Below, piece after piece: positions 27,537-39,727 of a DNA stretch of 64,000 nucleotides. A program made the translations under genes and the position numbers. Origin of the DNA: an uncultured Spirochaetota bacterium (GTDB taxonomy: Bacteria > Spirochaetota > Spirochaetia > SZUA-6 > CAVTHK01); assembly GCA_963734495.1 (NCBI GenBank), contig CAVTHK010000011.1, forward strand, positions 192,001-256,000. The letters are read 5' to 3'. Positions within the stretch are counted from its first letter, which is position 1. Every line of letters starts with the position of its first letter. A model generated the notes under the pieces. The model did not search any database and had not been told where the DNA came from. It saw only the letters and a list, made by a program, of their open reading frames with translations.

Positions 27537-29110
27537 TTAAAACATATGTATAACACAGTTGTTTAAGAACTTCAAGAACGACCCCTCCCCCTCGGGCATG
27601 GGCCAGCCGTAGTTGGCGCCGCGCGCCCCGAGATCCACCTCTTCCACCGCGGTCGAGTAGTCGTTACCCCCGACATCGCCGACGAACAGCCTGCCGGTCG
27701 GAACGTCATAGTAGGCGCGGTACGGATTGCGGAGACCGATCGCCCAGATCGAATCCCAGTTGGGTCCGGCTCCATCGTAGAAAGGGTTGTCCGTCGGGAC
27801 GGTGCCGTCGGGATTGATGCGGTGGATCTTTCCGCGCGGGTTCGTGAGAAGTTGCGAGTCGCCGGCGACGAAGTGCTCGCCCGTCGTGAAGTAGAGCTTT
27901 CCGTCGTTGCCGAAGGCGATCGCGCCTCCGTGGTGCTCCGCGTTGGCGTCTTCGGGGTCCTGATAGAGCACGAGCTCGCTCCCCGCGATCGTGCCAGTCA
28001 GCGTGGAGTCGGCCGTGAAGCGGGAGAGGCGATCTCGATTGGGCGTCCCGAGCGTGTAGAAGATGTAGTAGTAGTGATTGTTGGCAAAATCCGGATCGAA
28101 GGCGATGTCATAGACTCCCTGCTGCACTCCTGCGGAACCGACGTTCGTGAGCTGCAGGAAAGGAGTCGGGTCGGGTTGCGTATAGGGCGGAGACATGACC
28201 CAGATCACGCCCGCGAGGGTCACGACCAGCAGACGGCCGTCGGGGAGGAACTTGATCGCGGTCGGGAGGGTGAATCCGGTCGCCAGGATCTCATTCTGGA
28301 AGTAGCTGGTGTTCGACACGGTGACAGTCACCGGTGCGGACAGCGCAGCGTTCCCGCTCGTGTCGTAGGCGCGCGCCGTGAGCACGTGAGCGCCGTTGCT
28401 GACGGTCCGCGTGTCCCACGTCAGCGCGTAGGGCGCGGCCGTATCCTGCGCACCGCTCGCCACGCCGTCCACATAGAAGACGACTCCGGCGACGCCCACA
28501 TCGTCGCTCGCGGAGGCTTGCACCTGGACGATGTCGCTGACGACCGCGCCATCGCCCGGCTGCGAGAGGCTGACGTTCGGCGGATTGACGTCGGAAGACC
28601 CGACGGCGCCTACGGGAGTGGCCATGTCGGTCTGGATCTCGGCGAGAGTGAGGGCGCGACTGTAGATCCTGACCTCATCGATGAGCCCCGCAAACTCAAA
28701 GCCCGTCCTGCCTGCCCGCCGCCCGATCGTCACGTTTTCCGCCGACCCCTGCTGCGATGCCGAGACCGTCCCCACCAGCGCGCCATCGTCGAGCTGCCCG
28801 TTCAGATACACGTGCAGGCTCTGCGTCGCAGCATCGTAGACGCCGGCAACGTGATACCAGCCGTTGACCTGAAGAGCCGTCGCGCCATAGCGGAACATCG
28901 CTCCCCCGGAGCTGTTCGTCAGCTTGAACCCGATCGTCCGCGGCCCCCGGTCCACCGTCACATCCAGCTGGTACCCAAACTCTCCCACGGCGCGTTTGGA
29001 CACGACCGCCGCATCATCCACCGGGAACGAGCGGGCATACACCCAGCCGCTGATCGTCATGCTCCCGGTCATCTGCAGCGCGGCCGGATTGCCCAGATCG
29101 ACGTAGTCGT
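27537..29110 (-). pseudogene. Fragment of a LamG + bacterial Ig + PQQ-dependent sugar dehydrogenase (GSDH) multidomain protein
   Basis: LamG (WYHVAGVYD...IDEVRIYSRAL), Big domain (VAGVVFYVDG...APYALTWDT), GSDH (HHGGAIAFGNDGKLY, GLRNP, NYGWP). No signal peptide; LamG sequence DYVDLGNPAALQ continues upstream of the first ATG, and the propeller ends right after NYGWP in an AT-rich tract. Confidence 0.65.
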
Positions 29111-29754
29111 GCGGGTGGCAGGCGCGAGGAACAGGAGGGCCAGCATGAGAACAGCCACTGTCACGGTTTCCTCCGTCGACGCGCGTCGACTTTCCAAGAT
29201 ACCGAAAAGACTGCGTGGAGAGGGCAAAGGAGCCAGGAAGTGTCAGCTCGGCCGCGCTGCGAAGTGGCTATACAGGCGTTACGCTGATCTCAAGCGCGGC
29301 GGTTCCCAGGTGCTTGCGTCGGCCCGAAAGCCTCAGCGGTGGGCGCGACGCGCCGCCCTCGTCCCGAGGAGAGCCTGCGGGCTTCGGCCAGTCACTAGGA
29401 AATAGCCTTCGAGTCCGAGCCTCGAGAGCTCCTCGCCGATCGACGGGCGGGGGCCGACCCCCGGCTCGGGAGTGGTCCGCAGCCCGCGAGGCAACCAGTA
29501 CGCTCGGACTGCGAACACAGACCCCGCAGCCTTCCATCGGTGGCGTGGCGCGCATGCCGTGACGACGCGATGAGGCGGCTAACTTCGACGCAGAGCCAGG
29601 GATGGAAACGGCAGGCTGGGCGCAGGGCTCGGGCAACGGTTGAAGGCGATCGATTCCGATGGGGCAGCGGAGCGCGAGCCAGCGGCTCAACTGGAACCCG
29701 CGGACGCCAGCCTGCGCCACTGCAGGCGAGTGGCGGCGAAGCCGCACGGCGCGC

Positions 29755-31566
29755 TCACGGCGTGGATTCGAGGAACTCGCGGATTTCTGCCATGAACGCC
29801 GGGCCGTACTCGGCGAGCTTCTGCCGCCCGACGCCGGGGCAGGCGAGGAATGAGTCGGCATCGGTCGGTTGGCCACGCGCCATCGCACGCAGCGTCTTGT
29901 CGCTGAACACGATGTAGGGCGGAAGGCCGCGCTTCGCGGCGATGCTCTTGCGCAGGGCCTTGAGGCGCCGCATCAGCTCCTCCTGGGCGCCCGGCGCCAC
30001 AGGCGCGACGACCTCATCGATCAGCACGGGCGCTTCCTCCTCGACGGGCAGCGCGGTGTGGAAGCGCTCCTTGCCGCGCAGGAGCAGCCGCCCGCGCTCC
30101 GAGAGCCGGAGCCCCGCCTTCTGCCCCTCGCCGCGCACCAGCCAGTCGTCGGCCGCGAGCTCCTGGATGAGCCGCAGCCACCAGCCGCGTTCGTGGTCTC
30201 TCCCCACGCCGAACGTCGGCAGCGCCTGGTGGCCCCGCTCCATCACCTTGTCCGTCGCCTTGCCGACCAGGATGTCCGCGAGGTGCGCGGCGCCGAAGCG
30301 CTCGCCCGTGCGGACCGCCGCGGAGAGCGCCTTCTGTGCGGCCACCGTCGCATCGACCCGCCTGACCTGCCCCGCGCAGACGTCGCAGCGGCCGCAGGCG
30401 CCGGGATGACGCTCGCCGAAATAGGCGAGCAGCAAAGTGCGCCGGCACGCGCTCGAGGCGACGTAGCGCAGCATCGCGGCGAGGCGCGCTTCGGCGCGCT
30501 CGCGCTCGTCGGGGTCCTCGGTCTGGCGGATGCGCCAGCGGATGCCCGCGACGTCGCCGGCGCCGTGGAGCAGCAGCGTCTCCGCGTCCTCGCCGTCGCG
30601 CGCCGCGCGGCCCGTCTCCTGGTAGTAGCCTTCGAGGCTCCGGGGAAGGTCGGCGTGCACGATCCATCGCACGTTCGACTTGTCGATGCCCATTCCGAAA
30701 GCGATCGTGGCGACGACCACCGTGGCCTCGTCCCGCACGAACGCCTCCTGCCGCACGCGCCGCTCCTCGTCGCCGAGGCCGGCGTGGTACGCGACGGCCG
30801 AAACGCCAGCCGCGCCGAGGTGCGCAGCGGTCGCCTCCACGGCCTTCCGCGTGCCGCGGTACACGATGCCCGGCTCGCCGTCGTGGCGGCGCACAAAGGC
30901 GAGCACCTGCGCGTCGCCGTTGCCTTCCTTCCCCTGGACCCTGTAGAAGATCTCCGGCCGGTCGAAGCTCGCGCGCACGAGCAGCGGGTCGCGCAGCGCG
31001 AGCAGCCGCACGACGTCGTCCTGCACCTGCCGCGTGGCGGTAGCGGTGAACGCGGCTATGGGGACATCGGGAAACTCCTGCCTGAGGAGCCCGAGCGAGC
31101 GGTAGTCGGGCCGGAACTCGTGGCCCCACTCCGAGATGCAGTGCGCCTCGTCCACCGCGATGAACGACAGGCCGAGCTCGCCGAGCGAGCGCCTGAAGTC
31201 CGGGAACGAAAGGCGCTCCGGCGAGACGTAGAGGAGCTTGATGCTGCGCGCTGAGAGCGCGCGCCAGGTCGCTTTGGCCTCGTCGGCCGAAAGGGTGCTG
31301 TTGAGGACCGCTGCCGGGATGCCGTCCTCGCGCGCGCCGTCGACCTGGTCCTTCATGAGCGAGATCAGCGGGCTCACGACGACGCTGAGCCCCGGACGGA
31401 TGAGGGCGGGGAGCTGATAACAAAGAGACTTGCCGCCGCCGGTCGGCAGCGCGGCGAACGCGTCGCGTCCCGCGAGGATCGCCTCGATGACCGGCCGCTG
31501 ATTCGGCCGGAACGACGAGAACCCGAAGTGGTCCTTGAGCGCGCGGTCGAGGTCCAGCGCCGGCAT
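29755..31566 (-). CDS. recQ: ATP-dependent DNA helicase RecQ
   Basis: PTGGGKSLCYQ, DEAHCISEWGHEFRP, ATIAFGMGIDK, YYQETGRAARDG, RQC Zn cysteines and HRDC domain. Confidence 0.95.
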   Translation of the reverse strand: MPALDLDRALKDHFGFSSFRPNQRPVIEAILAGRDAFAALPTGGGKSLCYQLPALIRPGLSVVVSPLISLMKDQVDGAREDGIPAAVLNSTLSADEAKATWRALSARSIKLLYVSPERLSFPDFRRSLGELGLSFIAVDEAHCISEWGHEFRPDYRSLGLLRQEFPDVPIAAFTATATRQVQDDVVRLLALRDPLLVRASFDRPEIFYRVQGKEGNGDAQVLAFVRRHDGEPGIVYRGTRKAVEATAAHLGAAGVSAVAYHAGLGDEERRVRQEAFVRDEATVVVATIAFGMGIDKSNVRWIVHADLPRSLEGYYQETGRAARDGEDAETLLLHGAGDVAGIRWRIRQTEDPDERERAEARLAAMLRYVASSACRRTLLLAYFGERHPGACGRCDVCAGQVRRVDATVAAQKALSAAVRTGERFGAAHLADILVGKATDKVMERGHQALPTFGVGRDHERGWWLRLIQELAADDWLVRGEGQKAGLRLSERGRLLLRGKERFHTALPVEEEAPVLIDEVVAPVAPGAQEELMRRLKALRKSIAAKRGLPPYIVFSDKTLRAMARGQPTDADSFLACPGVGRQKLAEYGPAFMAEIREFLESTP

Positions 31567-31572
31567 CCCGCG

Positions 31573-33335
<1,763 letters not shown>

Positions 33336-33393
33336 CGGCCGTGACTATATCCGGTGCGCCCGCAGGAGAACAACGGACGCGTGCGCCCCGGCC

Positions 33394-34239
33394 TCAGCCC
33401 TTGACCGCGCCGGCGGTCAGCCCCGACACGTAGTACTTGACGAAGAAGGCGTACAGGAACGCGATGGGAAAGGAGCCCAGGACCGCCGAGGCCATCAGCG
33501 AGCCCCAGAACAGCGTGTCCGCCTTGATCAGGTCGCTGACCGTGCCGACGGGGATGGTCTTCATGCGGCCGGAGGACATGAAGATCAGCGCGTAGAGGAA
33601 CTCGTTCCAGCAGAGGGTAAAACAGAATATCGCAGCGGAAAGCAGCCCGGGGACCGACAGCGGGAGGATAATGCGCAGCAGAGTCACCAGGCGGGGGCAG
33701 CCGTCGGCCATCGCGCTTTCCTCGATCTCCTTGGGGATGGTGCGGAAGTAGCCCATGAGCAGCCACGAGGCAAAGGGGATGAGCTGCGTCGGATAGGTGA
33801 GGATGAGCGCCCAGTAGGTGTTGTTCAGGCCGAGCCGGCCGACGACCTGGGCCAGCGGAAGGAACAGCAGCGTCGGCGGCACCAGGTACGCGAGAAAGAT
33901 CCCGACGCCCAGGAAGTTGCTCCCCGGGAAGCGCAGCCGCGCCAGGGCATAGCCTATAAAGATGCTGCACGTCACCGACAGGATCGTCGACCACGTCGAA
34001 ACGACGATCGTGTTCTTGACCCAGACCGGGAAGTCCGTGTTCTGGAACAGATACAGATAGTTCTCCAGCGTGTAATGGCGGATCCCGAAGGGATTGACCT
34101 TGAGGTCGAACAGGTCGTTCGTCGGCTTGAGCGACACGATCGTCATCCAGTAGAAGGGGAAGAGCAGGAAGATCAGGAAGAGAACGAGGGGAAGGTAAAC
34201 GACCAGGATCCGCCGGCCCGGGGAATCGCTGCCGACCAT
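33394..34239 (-). CDS. Carbohydrate ABC transporter permease (MalG-like)
   Basis: EIEESAMADG EAA loop; C-terminus GLTAGAVKG. Confidence 0.93.
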   Translation of the reverse strand: MVGSDSPGRRILVVYLPLVLFLIFLLFPFYWMTIVSLKPTNDLFDLKVNPFGIRHYTLENYLYLFQNTDFPVWVKNTIVVSTWSTILSVTCSIFIGYALARLRFPGSNFLGVGIFLAYLVPPTLLFLPLAQVVGRLGLNNTYWALILTYPTQLIPFASWLLMGYFRTIPKEIEESAMADGCPRLVTLLRIILPLSVPGLLSAAIFCFTLCWNEFLYALIFMSSGRMKTIPVGTVSDLIKADTLFWGSLMASAVLGSFPIAFLYAFFVKYYVSGLTAGAVKG

Positions 34240-34243
34240 ACTT

Positions 34244-35173
34244 TCAGTCCCTCTTCCGCAGGTAGACGAGCAGCAGGATCGCGAAGAGCGCCAGGATCGG
34301 GAACATGTACAGGGCGATCGCGGCCCCCATTCCGATCTGCGTGGCGGACAGGCCGATCTGGTACGTGTAGGTGCCGAAGATGTGCGTGGTGTTCGCGGGT
34401 CCCCCCTTTGTGAGGACGTAGATGAGCTGGAAGTCGGCGAAGGTCCAGATCATCGAGAGCAGGGTCGCGATGAGGACCACGCCTTGGATCGCCGGCACCG
34501 TCACGTGGCGGAAGCGATGCCATGCCGCCGCGCCGTCGATGGAGGCCGCCTCGTGCAGCTCCTGCGGGACGGCCTGGAGGCCGGCGAGGATCACGATGCC
34601 GAAGAATGGGGTGCCGCGCCAGATGTTGGCCAGGCAGATCGAGGAGATGGCGAGGATCGGGTCCCCGAGAAAGTTGATGTTCTCCTTGATGAAGCCAAGG
34701 CTCCGCAGCAGCCACGAGATCGGGCTGAAGACGGCGTCGAAGATCATGAACCAGCCGAGGGAGCTCAGCGCGGTCGGCACGATCCACGGCATCATGACCG
34801 CGGCGCGGATGGGATTGCCGAAGCGGAACCGGTTGTTGAGGATCAGCGCGAGGGCGAGCCCCAGGGCGGCTTTGAAAGGGACGGTCACCATCGCGTAGAT
34901 CATCGTGTTCCCCGCGGTCTGCAGGAAGACGCTGTCGGTGAGCAGGTCGGAGAAGTTGCGCAGCCCGATAAAGGAGCCCATGCGCCCGATCGAGCTGTCG
35001 GTGAGCGAGAGCCAGATGCCGAGGAGGAAGGGGTACGCCATAAAGACCATCAGCAGCAGCGCCCCCGGCAGCATCAGGAGGACCCCCAGGCTCGCCTCGC
35101 GCTCGAGCAGGCCATGGATGGAGAATCGCTGCTTGCGCCGCACCGCGGCCGGCCTGGCCAATCGCACCTCCAC
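34244..35173 (-). CDS. Carbohydrate ABC transporter permease (MalF-like)
   Basis: LAGLQAVPQELHEAASIDGA motif; start position uncertain. Confidence 0.92.
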   Translation of the reverse strand: MEVRLARPAAVRRKQRFSIHGLLEREASLGVLLMLPGALLLMVFMAYPFLLGIWLSLTDSSIGRMGSFIGLRNFSDLLTDSVFLQTAGNTMIYAMVTVPFKAALGLALALILNNRFRFGNPIRAAVMMPWIVPTALSSLGWFMIFDAVFSPISWLLRSLGFIKENINFLGDPILAISSICLANIWRGTPFFGIVILAGLQAVPQELHEAASIDGAAAWHRFRHVTVPAIQGVVLIATLLSMIWTFADFQLIYVLTKGGPANTTHIFGTYTYQIGLSATQIGMGAAIALYMFPILALFAILLLVYLRKRD

Positions 35174-35174
35174 G

Positions 35175-35204
35175 AAAAGGGGCGGCCGCTCGGACGGCCG
35201 CCCC
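35175..35204 (-). terminator. Intrinsic terminator-like hairpin after the SBP gene
   Basis: Minus strand: GGGGCGGCCG-6 nt-CGGCCGCCCC followed by TTTT. Confidence 0.7.
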
Positions 35205-35221
35205 CGCTGTCTCGCGAAGAG

Positions 35222-36598
35222 CTACACCCCGTAGGTGCGCTTGAGCTGATCCGCCCCCCACTCGATCGCGGCCTTGGCGTCGCCGCTCTGGACGGCTTTG
35301 GCAAATGTGTCCACCACGATGAACTTGGACCAGGCGAGCGCCGCTTTCTGGTTCGGCGGGCCCGCGTACCCCTGGTTGAGCCCGTACTTCGGCTGCTCGC
35401 GGAACGGCGACATCTTGGGATCCTTGAGCCACACCGGGTCGTTGTAGTACTTGGTGACGGGCTGCAGCATGTAGCCTTCCTGCAGGCGCCACCAGTCGCC
35501 GAACTGCTTGTCCTGGAACCACCACTTGAGGAAATCCTTGGCACCGGCGATGTTCTTGGAGTTCTTGAGGATCGCGAAGGTCCGCGTCTCGAACCAGTAG
35601 AACCGACCAGCCGGCCCCTTGGGGATCAGCATGTGGTGGGTGTCCGCGGCGATCTCGGGCTTGTCCTTCTTGGCGGCGAAGTAGATGCTGGAGCCGTTGT
35701 AGGTGCTGGAGATCTGCTCGGCGAGATACGCCCTGTTGTTGTTGCTGTCGTCCCACGAGGTCCCGGTCTCGTCGTAGCCGTCCTTCCAGGCCTGGATGAA
35801 CTTCTTCATCCCGTCGACGAACTCCGGCTTGTTGAACAGGATGTTCTTGCCGTCCTTGTCGACCTCCATGGCCCCGTAGGCCCACATGTAGGGGTAGCAG
35901 TAGCCCGGCGGGTCGCCGGTGCTGTGGCCGAGCGCCTGGCCGAAGGGCTTGCCCTTCGCCTTGAGCTTCTTGGCCACGGCGAAGTACTCCTCCCACGTCA
36001 GGTCGACCTTGTTCCCGTCGCTGGCGTTGGGGACTCCGGCCTCGGTGAACCACTTGATGCGGTAGGCCATCGACGCGTTGCTGTGGCCGTGCGGGACGCC
36101 GAGCCAGCGGCCGTTGACCTTGCCGGAGACGAGCACGAACTTCTCGAACCCGCCGTTTCTCTTGCCGAAGTCCTCGGCGATGTCGCCCACCTCCACGAGG
36201 TTGTCTGCGTACAGGTAGTTCCATCCCGGCCATAGCTCGACGATGTCGTAGCCCCCGGCCTGCACGGAGGCGGCGATCTTGGGCTGCAGGTCCGGCCAGT
36301 TCAGGAAGTCGCACGAAACTTCGACCTTGTTGGCCGCGCCCCACTCGGCCGCCTGCTTCTTGTAGAGCTCCTGGCCCGGAGCGATGAAGTAGGTGCCCTG
36401 CAGGATCGAGAGCTTGGTCCCCCTTGTTTGTTCGGAGGCCGGCGCTCCGAACACCCTGCCGGGAAGCGCGGCGGCGGCGGCCACCCCCAGGCCCGTGGCC
36501 CCTGCGGCCTTGATGAACTGGCGGCGGCTCATCCGCGCGTCCATCAGGGAGGAGGCCTTCTTCTGCCCCTTCTTCTTCCGTCCGTTCTGGTCACCCAT
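35222..36598 (-). CDS. Sugar-family ABC substrate-binding protein with Tat signal peptide
   Basis: Twin-arginine motif SRRQFIK followed by a hydrophobic stretch; SBP_bac_1-like body. Confidence 0.9.
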   Translation of the reverse strand: MGDQNGRKKKGQKKASSLMDARMSRRQFIKAAGATGLGVAAAAALPGRVFGAPASEQTRGTKLSILQGTYFIAPGQELYKKQAAEWGAANKVEVSCDFLNWPDLQPKIAASVQAGGYDIVELWPGWNYLYADNLVEVGDIAEDFGKRNGGFEKFVLVSGKVNGRWLGVPHGHSNASMAYRIKWFTEAGVPNASDGNKVDLTWEEYFAVAKKLKAKGKPFGQALGHSTGDPPGYCYPYMWAYGAMEVDKDGKNILFNKPEFVDGMKKFIQAWKDGYDETGTSWDDSNNNRAYLAEQISSTYNGSSIYFAAKKDKPEIAADTHHMLIPKGPAGRFYWFETRTFAILKNSKNIAGAKDFLKWWFQDKQFGDWWRLQEGYMLQPVTKYYNDPVWLKDPKMSPFREQPKYGLNQGYAGPPNQKAALAWSKFIVVDTFAKAVQSGDAKAAIEWGADQLKRTYGV

Positions 36599-36772
36599 TC
36601 TGAAACCCCCTGGCTTACATGGTACGTGAGACGATGCAGCGCACAGAGGCAAGTCTAAGGCGGCCCATTGCAGCGGTCAAGCATGAGTTCGCCGCGCCCC
36701 GCGAAGGGGCAGCGGTCCGCCTGGTGCGACGAGCGTGGTCCCCCGGGAGCTGTCGCGGCCGAGAGCGCTTCG

Positions 36773-36949
36773 CTACGCCTTCTTCTTTTCGGCGTCTTCG
36801 TCGTCGTCTTCGGAAGGCTCGCCCTTGAGACCCTTCTCGAACTCCCTCTTGGCTTTCCCCAGGGACCTCGCGAACTTCGGTATGGCCGTGGCCCCGAAGA
36901 GAACGAAGATCACGCCGCCGATGACCAGCCACTCACCCGCTCCAATCAT
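36773..36949 (-). CDS. tatA: Twin-arginine translocase subunit TatA
   Basis: Manual translation: MIGAGEWLVIGGVIFVLFGATAIPKFARSLGKAKREFEKGLKG... (58 aa, below the ORF-track cutoff); GGAGG RBS. Confidence 0.9.
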   Translation of the reverse strand: MIGAGEWLVIGGVIFVLFGATAIPKFARSLGKAKREFEKGLKGEPSEDDDEDAEKKKA

Positions 36950-36958
36950 GGATCCCTC

Positions 36959-37246
36959 CTACTCTCTCACCCCGTCCGACGGCTGCCCGCCGTCCCCGTC
37001 GTGCTTCTCGATCCTGTCGGGCTCAGCGCCCGCCTGCGCGGACGCCGCCTCGACCGGCGCGGAAGACTCGCGCTCGACCTCGCGTTCCACCTCGGAGAGC
37101 GATCTCGTGACCTCGTCCCTGAGGCTGCGGAGCTCCGCGAAGAACTTGCCGGCCTTGCGCAGCAGGGCAGGCAGGTCGCTCGGCCTGACAAAGATCAGCG
37201 CCACGATGACGATGACGACGATTTCCCAGGGCCCGACACCGAACAT
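36959..37246 (-). CDS. tatB: Twin-arginine translocase subunit TatB
   Basis: MFGVGPWEIVVIVIVALIFVRPSDLPALLRKAGK. Confidence 0.88.
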   Translation of the reverse strand: MFGVGPWEIVVIVIVALIFVRPSDLPALLRKAGKFFAELRSLRDEVTRSLSEVEREVERESSAPVEAASAQAGAEPDRIEKHDGDGGQPSDGVRE

Positions 37247-38034
37247 CAGGGCTCACCGCCGAACCCGAAGATCTTCGCCACCAGGATGGTCAGGAAGTAG
37301 AGGATCATCAGGGGAATGGCAACCGCCAGCTGGGACACGACGTCCGGCGGAGTGATCACGGCGGCCACCACGAATACGGCCACGATGACGAAGCGGGTGG
37401 AGCGCAGGAGCGCCCCGCGCGTGACCACGTGCATGTAGAGCAGGATCTCGAGCACGACCGGGACCTGGAACACGATGAGCGAGGCCAGCATCAGTTGCAG
37501 CGCGAAGAAGATGTTCTTCTCGTAGCCCAGGATGAGCCCCACGTTGGGAGGAATGAACCCGGAGCCCGTCAGGAACCAGGCCGAAATGGGGACGATGCTG
37601 AAATAACTGTAGTACACGCTCGCGACGATGAGAACGAAGCTCGAGAACAGGGCCGCGACGACGACCCTCTTTTCCGCGGTCTTCAGCGCCGGAAACACGA
37701 ACCTGATCGTGTTGTAGAGGTGGACGGGAATCGAGAGGATGATGCCGGCGAGGAGCGAGATCCTGATCTTGGCGACGAATCCCTCGGCGAGGGTGGTCAT
37801 GAAGAGCTTGGGTCCGGCCGGCGCCCCCTGGATGTGCTCGAAGGGCCTGAAAAGGATCGCGACGATCTGGTCATAGAAAATGAATGCAGGGATGGTGCAC
37901 AACGCGATCGCTGCGACCGAGCTGATGATCCGGACCCGCAGCTCGGCGATGTGCTCCAGGAGGGTCATCTCGCGCGCAGGCCCGGCTTCGGCCTTTTCAG
38001 ACCCCCTTTGCGAACCCATGCGCGAGGCCCCCAC
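37246..38034 (-). CDS. tatC: Twin-arginine translocase subunit TatC
   Basis: MTLLEHIAELRVRI, FQVPV and AAVITPPDVVSQ motifs. Confidence 0.95.
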   Translation of the reverse strand: MGASRMGSQRGSEKAEAGPAREMTLLEHIAELRVRIISSVAAIALCTIPAFIFYDQIVAILFRPFEHIQGAPAGPKLFMTTLAEGFVAKIRISLLAGIILSIPVHLYNTIRFVFPALKTAEKRVVVAALFSSFVLIVASVYYSYFSIVPISAWFLTGSGFIPPNVGLILGYEKNIFFALQLMLASLIVFQVPVVLEILLYMHVVTRGALLRSTRFVIVAVFVVAAVITPPDVVSQLAVAIPLMILYFLTILVAKIFGFGGEP

Positions 38035-38229
38035 AAACGCCGCGGACGCTTCGACAGCGCACGGTCCGCGGCGAAAGCACGATCATTGTAGGGTACGACA
38101 CCCCCGGGGTCAACTCGCGCGCTTCGCTCTCTTCGCGCGCGTCGCTTCGCGGGGCGCTTGCCGGCGCGGCGGAACCGCGCGCCGCTTGCCCGATCGGCGG
38201 CATCGGGCGCAGTGTAGCGGCGAGGGGGC

Positions 38230-39716
38230 ATGCGCGTGAAAGCCATCATGGTGATGTTCGACTCGCTGAACCGCCGGTACCTGCCGCCCTACGGCTGCGA
38301 CTGGATCCAGGCGCCCAACTTCGCGCGCCTGGCCGAGCGCACGGTGACGTTCGACAACGCGTAGGTGGGCAGCATGCCCTGCATGCCGGCGCGGCGGGAC
38401 CTGCACACCGGGCGGCCGAACTTCCTGCACCGCAGCTGGGGGCCGATCGAGCCGTTCGACGACTCGATGCCCGAGATGCTCAAGACAAGCCGGCGTCTAC
38501 ACGCACCTCGTCACCGACCACTACCACTACTTGGAAGAAGGCGGCTGCAACTATCACACCCGCTACACCTCGTGGGAGTGCAGCCGCGGCCAGGAGGGGG
38601 ACCCGTGGAAGGGCGAGGTCAAGGACCCCGTGCTCCCCGCCTTCGCCCCGGGCCTCGACCGGCAGAAGAACCGTCAGAACTGGGTCAACCGCAAGTACAT
38701 GGACACGCCGGAAAAGATGCCGCAGGCGGTGACTTTCGACCAGGGCCTGGAGTTCATCGCGACCAACAAGCGCGAGGACAACTGGTTCCTCCAGATCGAG
38801 ACCTTCGACCCGCACGAGCCCTACTTCACCCCGCGGCAAATACAAGGACCTCTATCCCCACGAGTACTCCGGCGGCCACTACGACTGGCCGCACTACCGC
38901 AAGATCATCGAGGAGGACCGCCGCGCCATCGAGCACGTGCGCTACGAGTACGCCTCGCTGCTGTCGCATGTGCGACGAGCATCTCGGCCGCGTGCTCGCC
39001 GCGATGGACGAGCAGGACCTGTGGAAGGACACGATGCTGATCGTGTGCACGGACCACGGCTTTCTGCTCGGCGAGCACGACTGGTGGGGCAAGAACCGCA
39101 TGCCGCTGTGGAACGAGATCGCGCACATGCCGCTCTTCGTGTGGGACCCGCGCTGCGGGGAAAGCGGGCGAGCGGCGGCGGTCGATCGTGCAGCTCATCG
39201 ACTTCGCGCCGACGCTGCTGCGCTACTTCGGCTGCGAGCCGACCGCCGGACATGACCGGCCGCGACCTCGCGCCGGTGATCGCGCGCGACGAGGGCGGCC
39301 GCGAGCACGCGATCTGGGGCATCTTCGGCGGCCAGGTCAACATCACCGACGGCCGCTGGGTCTACATGCGGGGCCCGGTGCGGCCGGACAACACCCCGCT
39401 GCACGAGCACACGCTCATGCCCACCCACCTGCTGCACACCTTCGACGTCTCCGAGCTGCAGGACATCCGACTGGCCGAGCCCTTCTCCTTCACCAAGGGG
39501 TGCCGCACGATGAAGATCGCGGCGCGCAACGTGCACCGGTCGGTGCAGCACGAGTACGGGACGCTGCTGTACGATCTCGAGAGCGACTACGCGCAGGAGC
39601 ATCCGCTCAAGGACGCGGCGGTCGAGCGCCGCATGGCCGAGGCGCTGGCGCGCGAGATGAAGCTGGCCGACGCGCCGGCGGAGCAGTACGAGCGGCTCGG
39701 GCTCGAACGGCCGTAA
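38230..39716 (+). CDS. Sulfatase (formylglycine-dependent); interrupted by an in-frame TAG (38362) and several frameshifts
   Basis: KAIMVMFDSLNR, catalytic motif CMPAR, FDPHEP, TDHGFLLGEH, IDFAPT and LYDLESD spread over several frames. Confidence 0.85.
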
Positions 39717-39727
39717 GGAGTCGGGGC

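Noticed and set aside
38362-38364. In-frame TAG in the sulfatase as pyrrolysine or stop-codon recoding
   Set aside because: Many genes in the window end at TAG, no pyl genes are present, and the same gene has several frameshifts. A TAC>TAG error or mutation is the simpler explanation.
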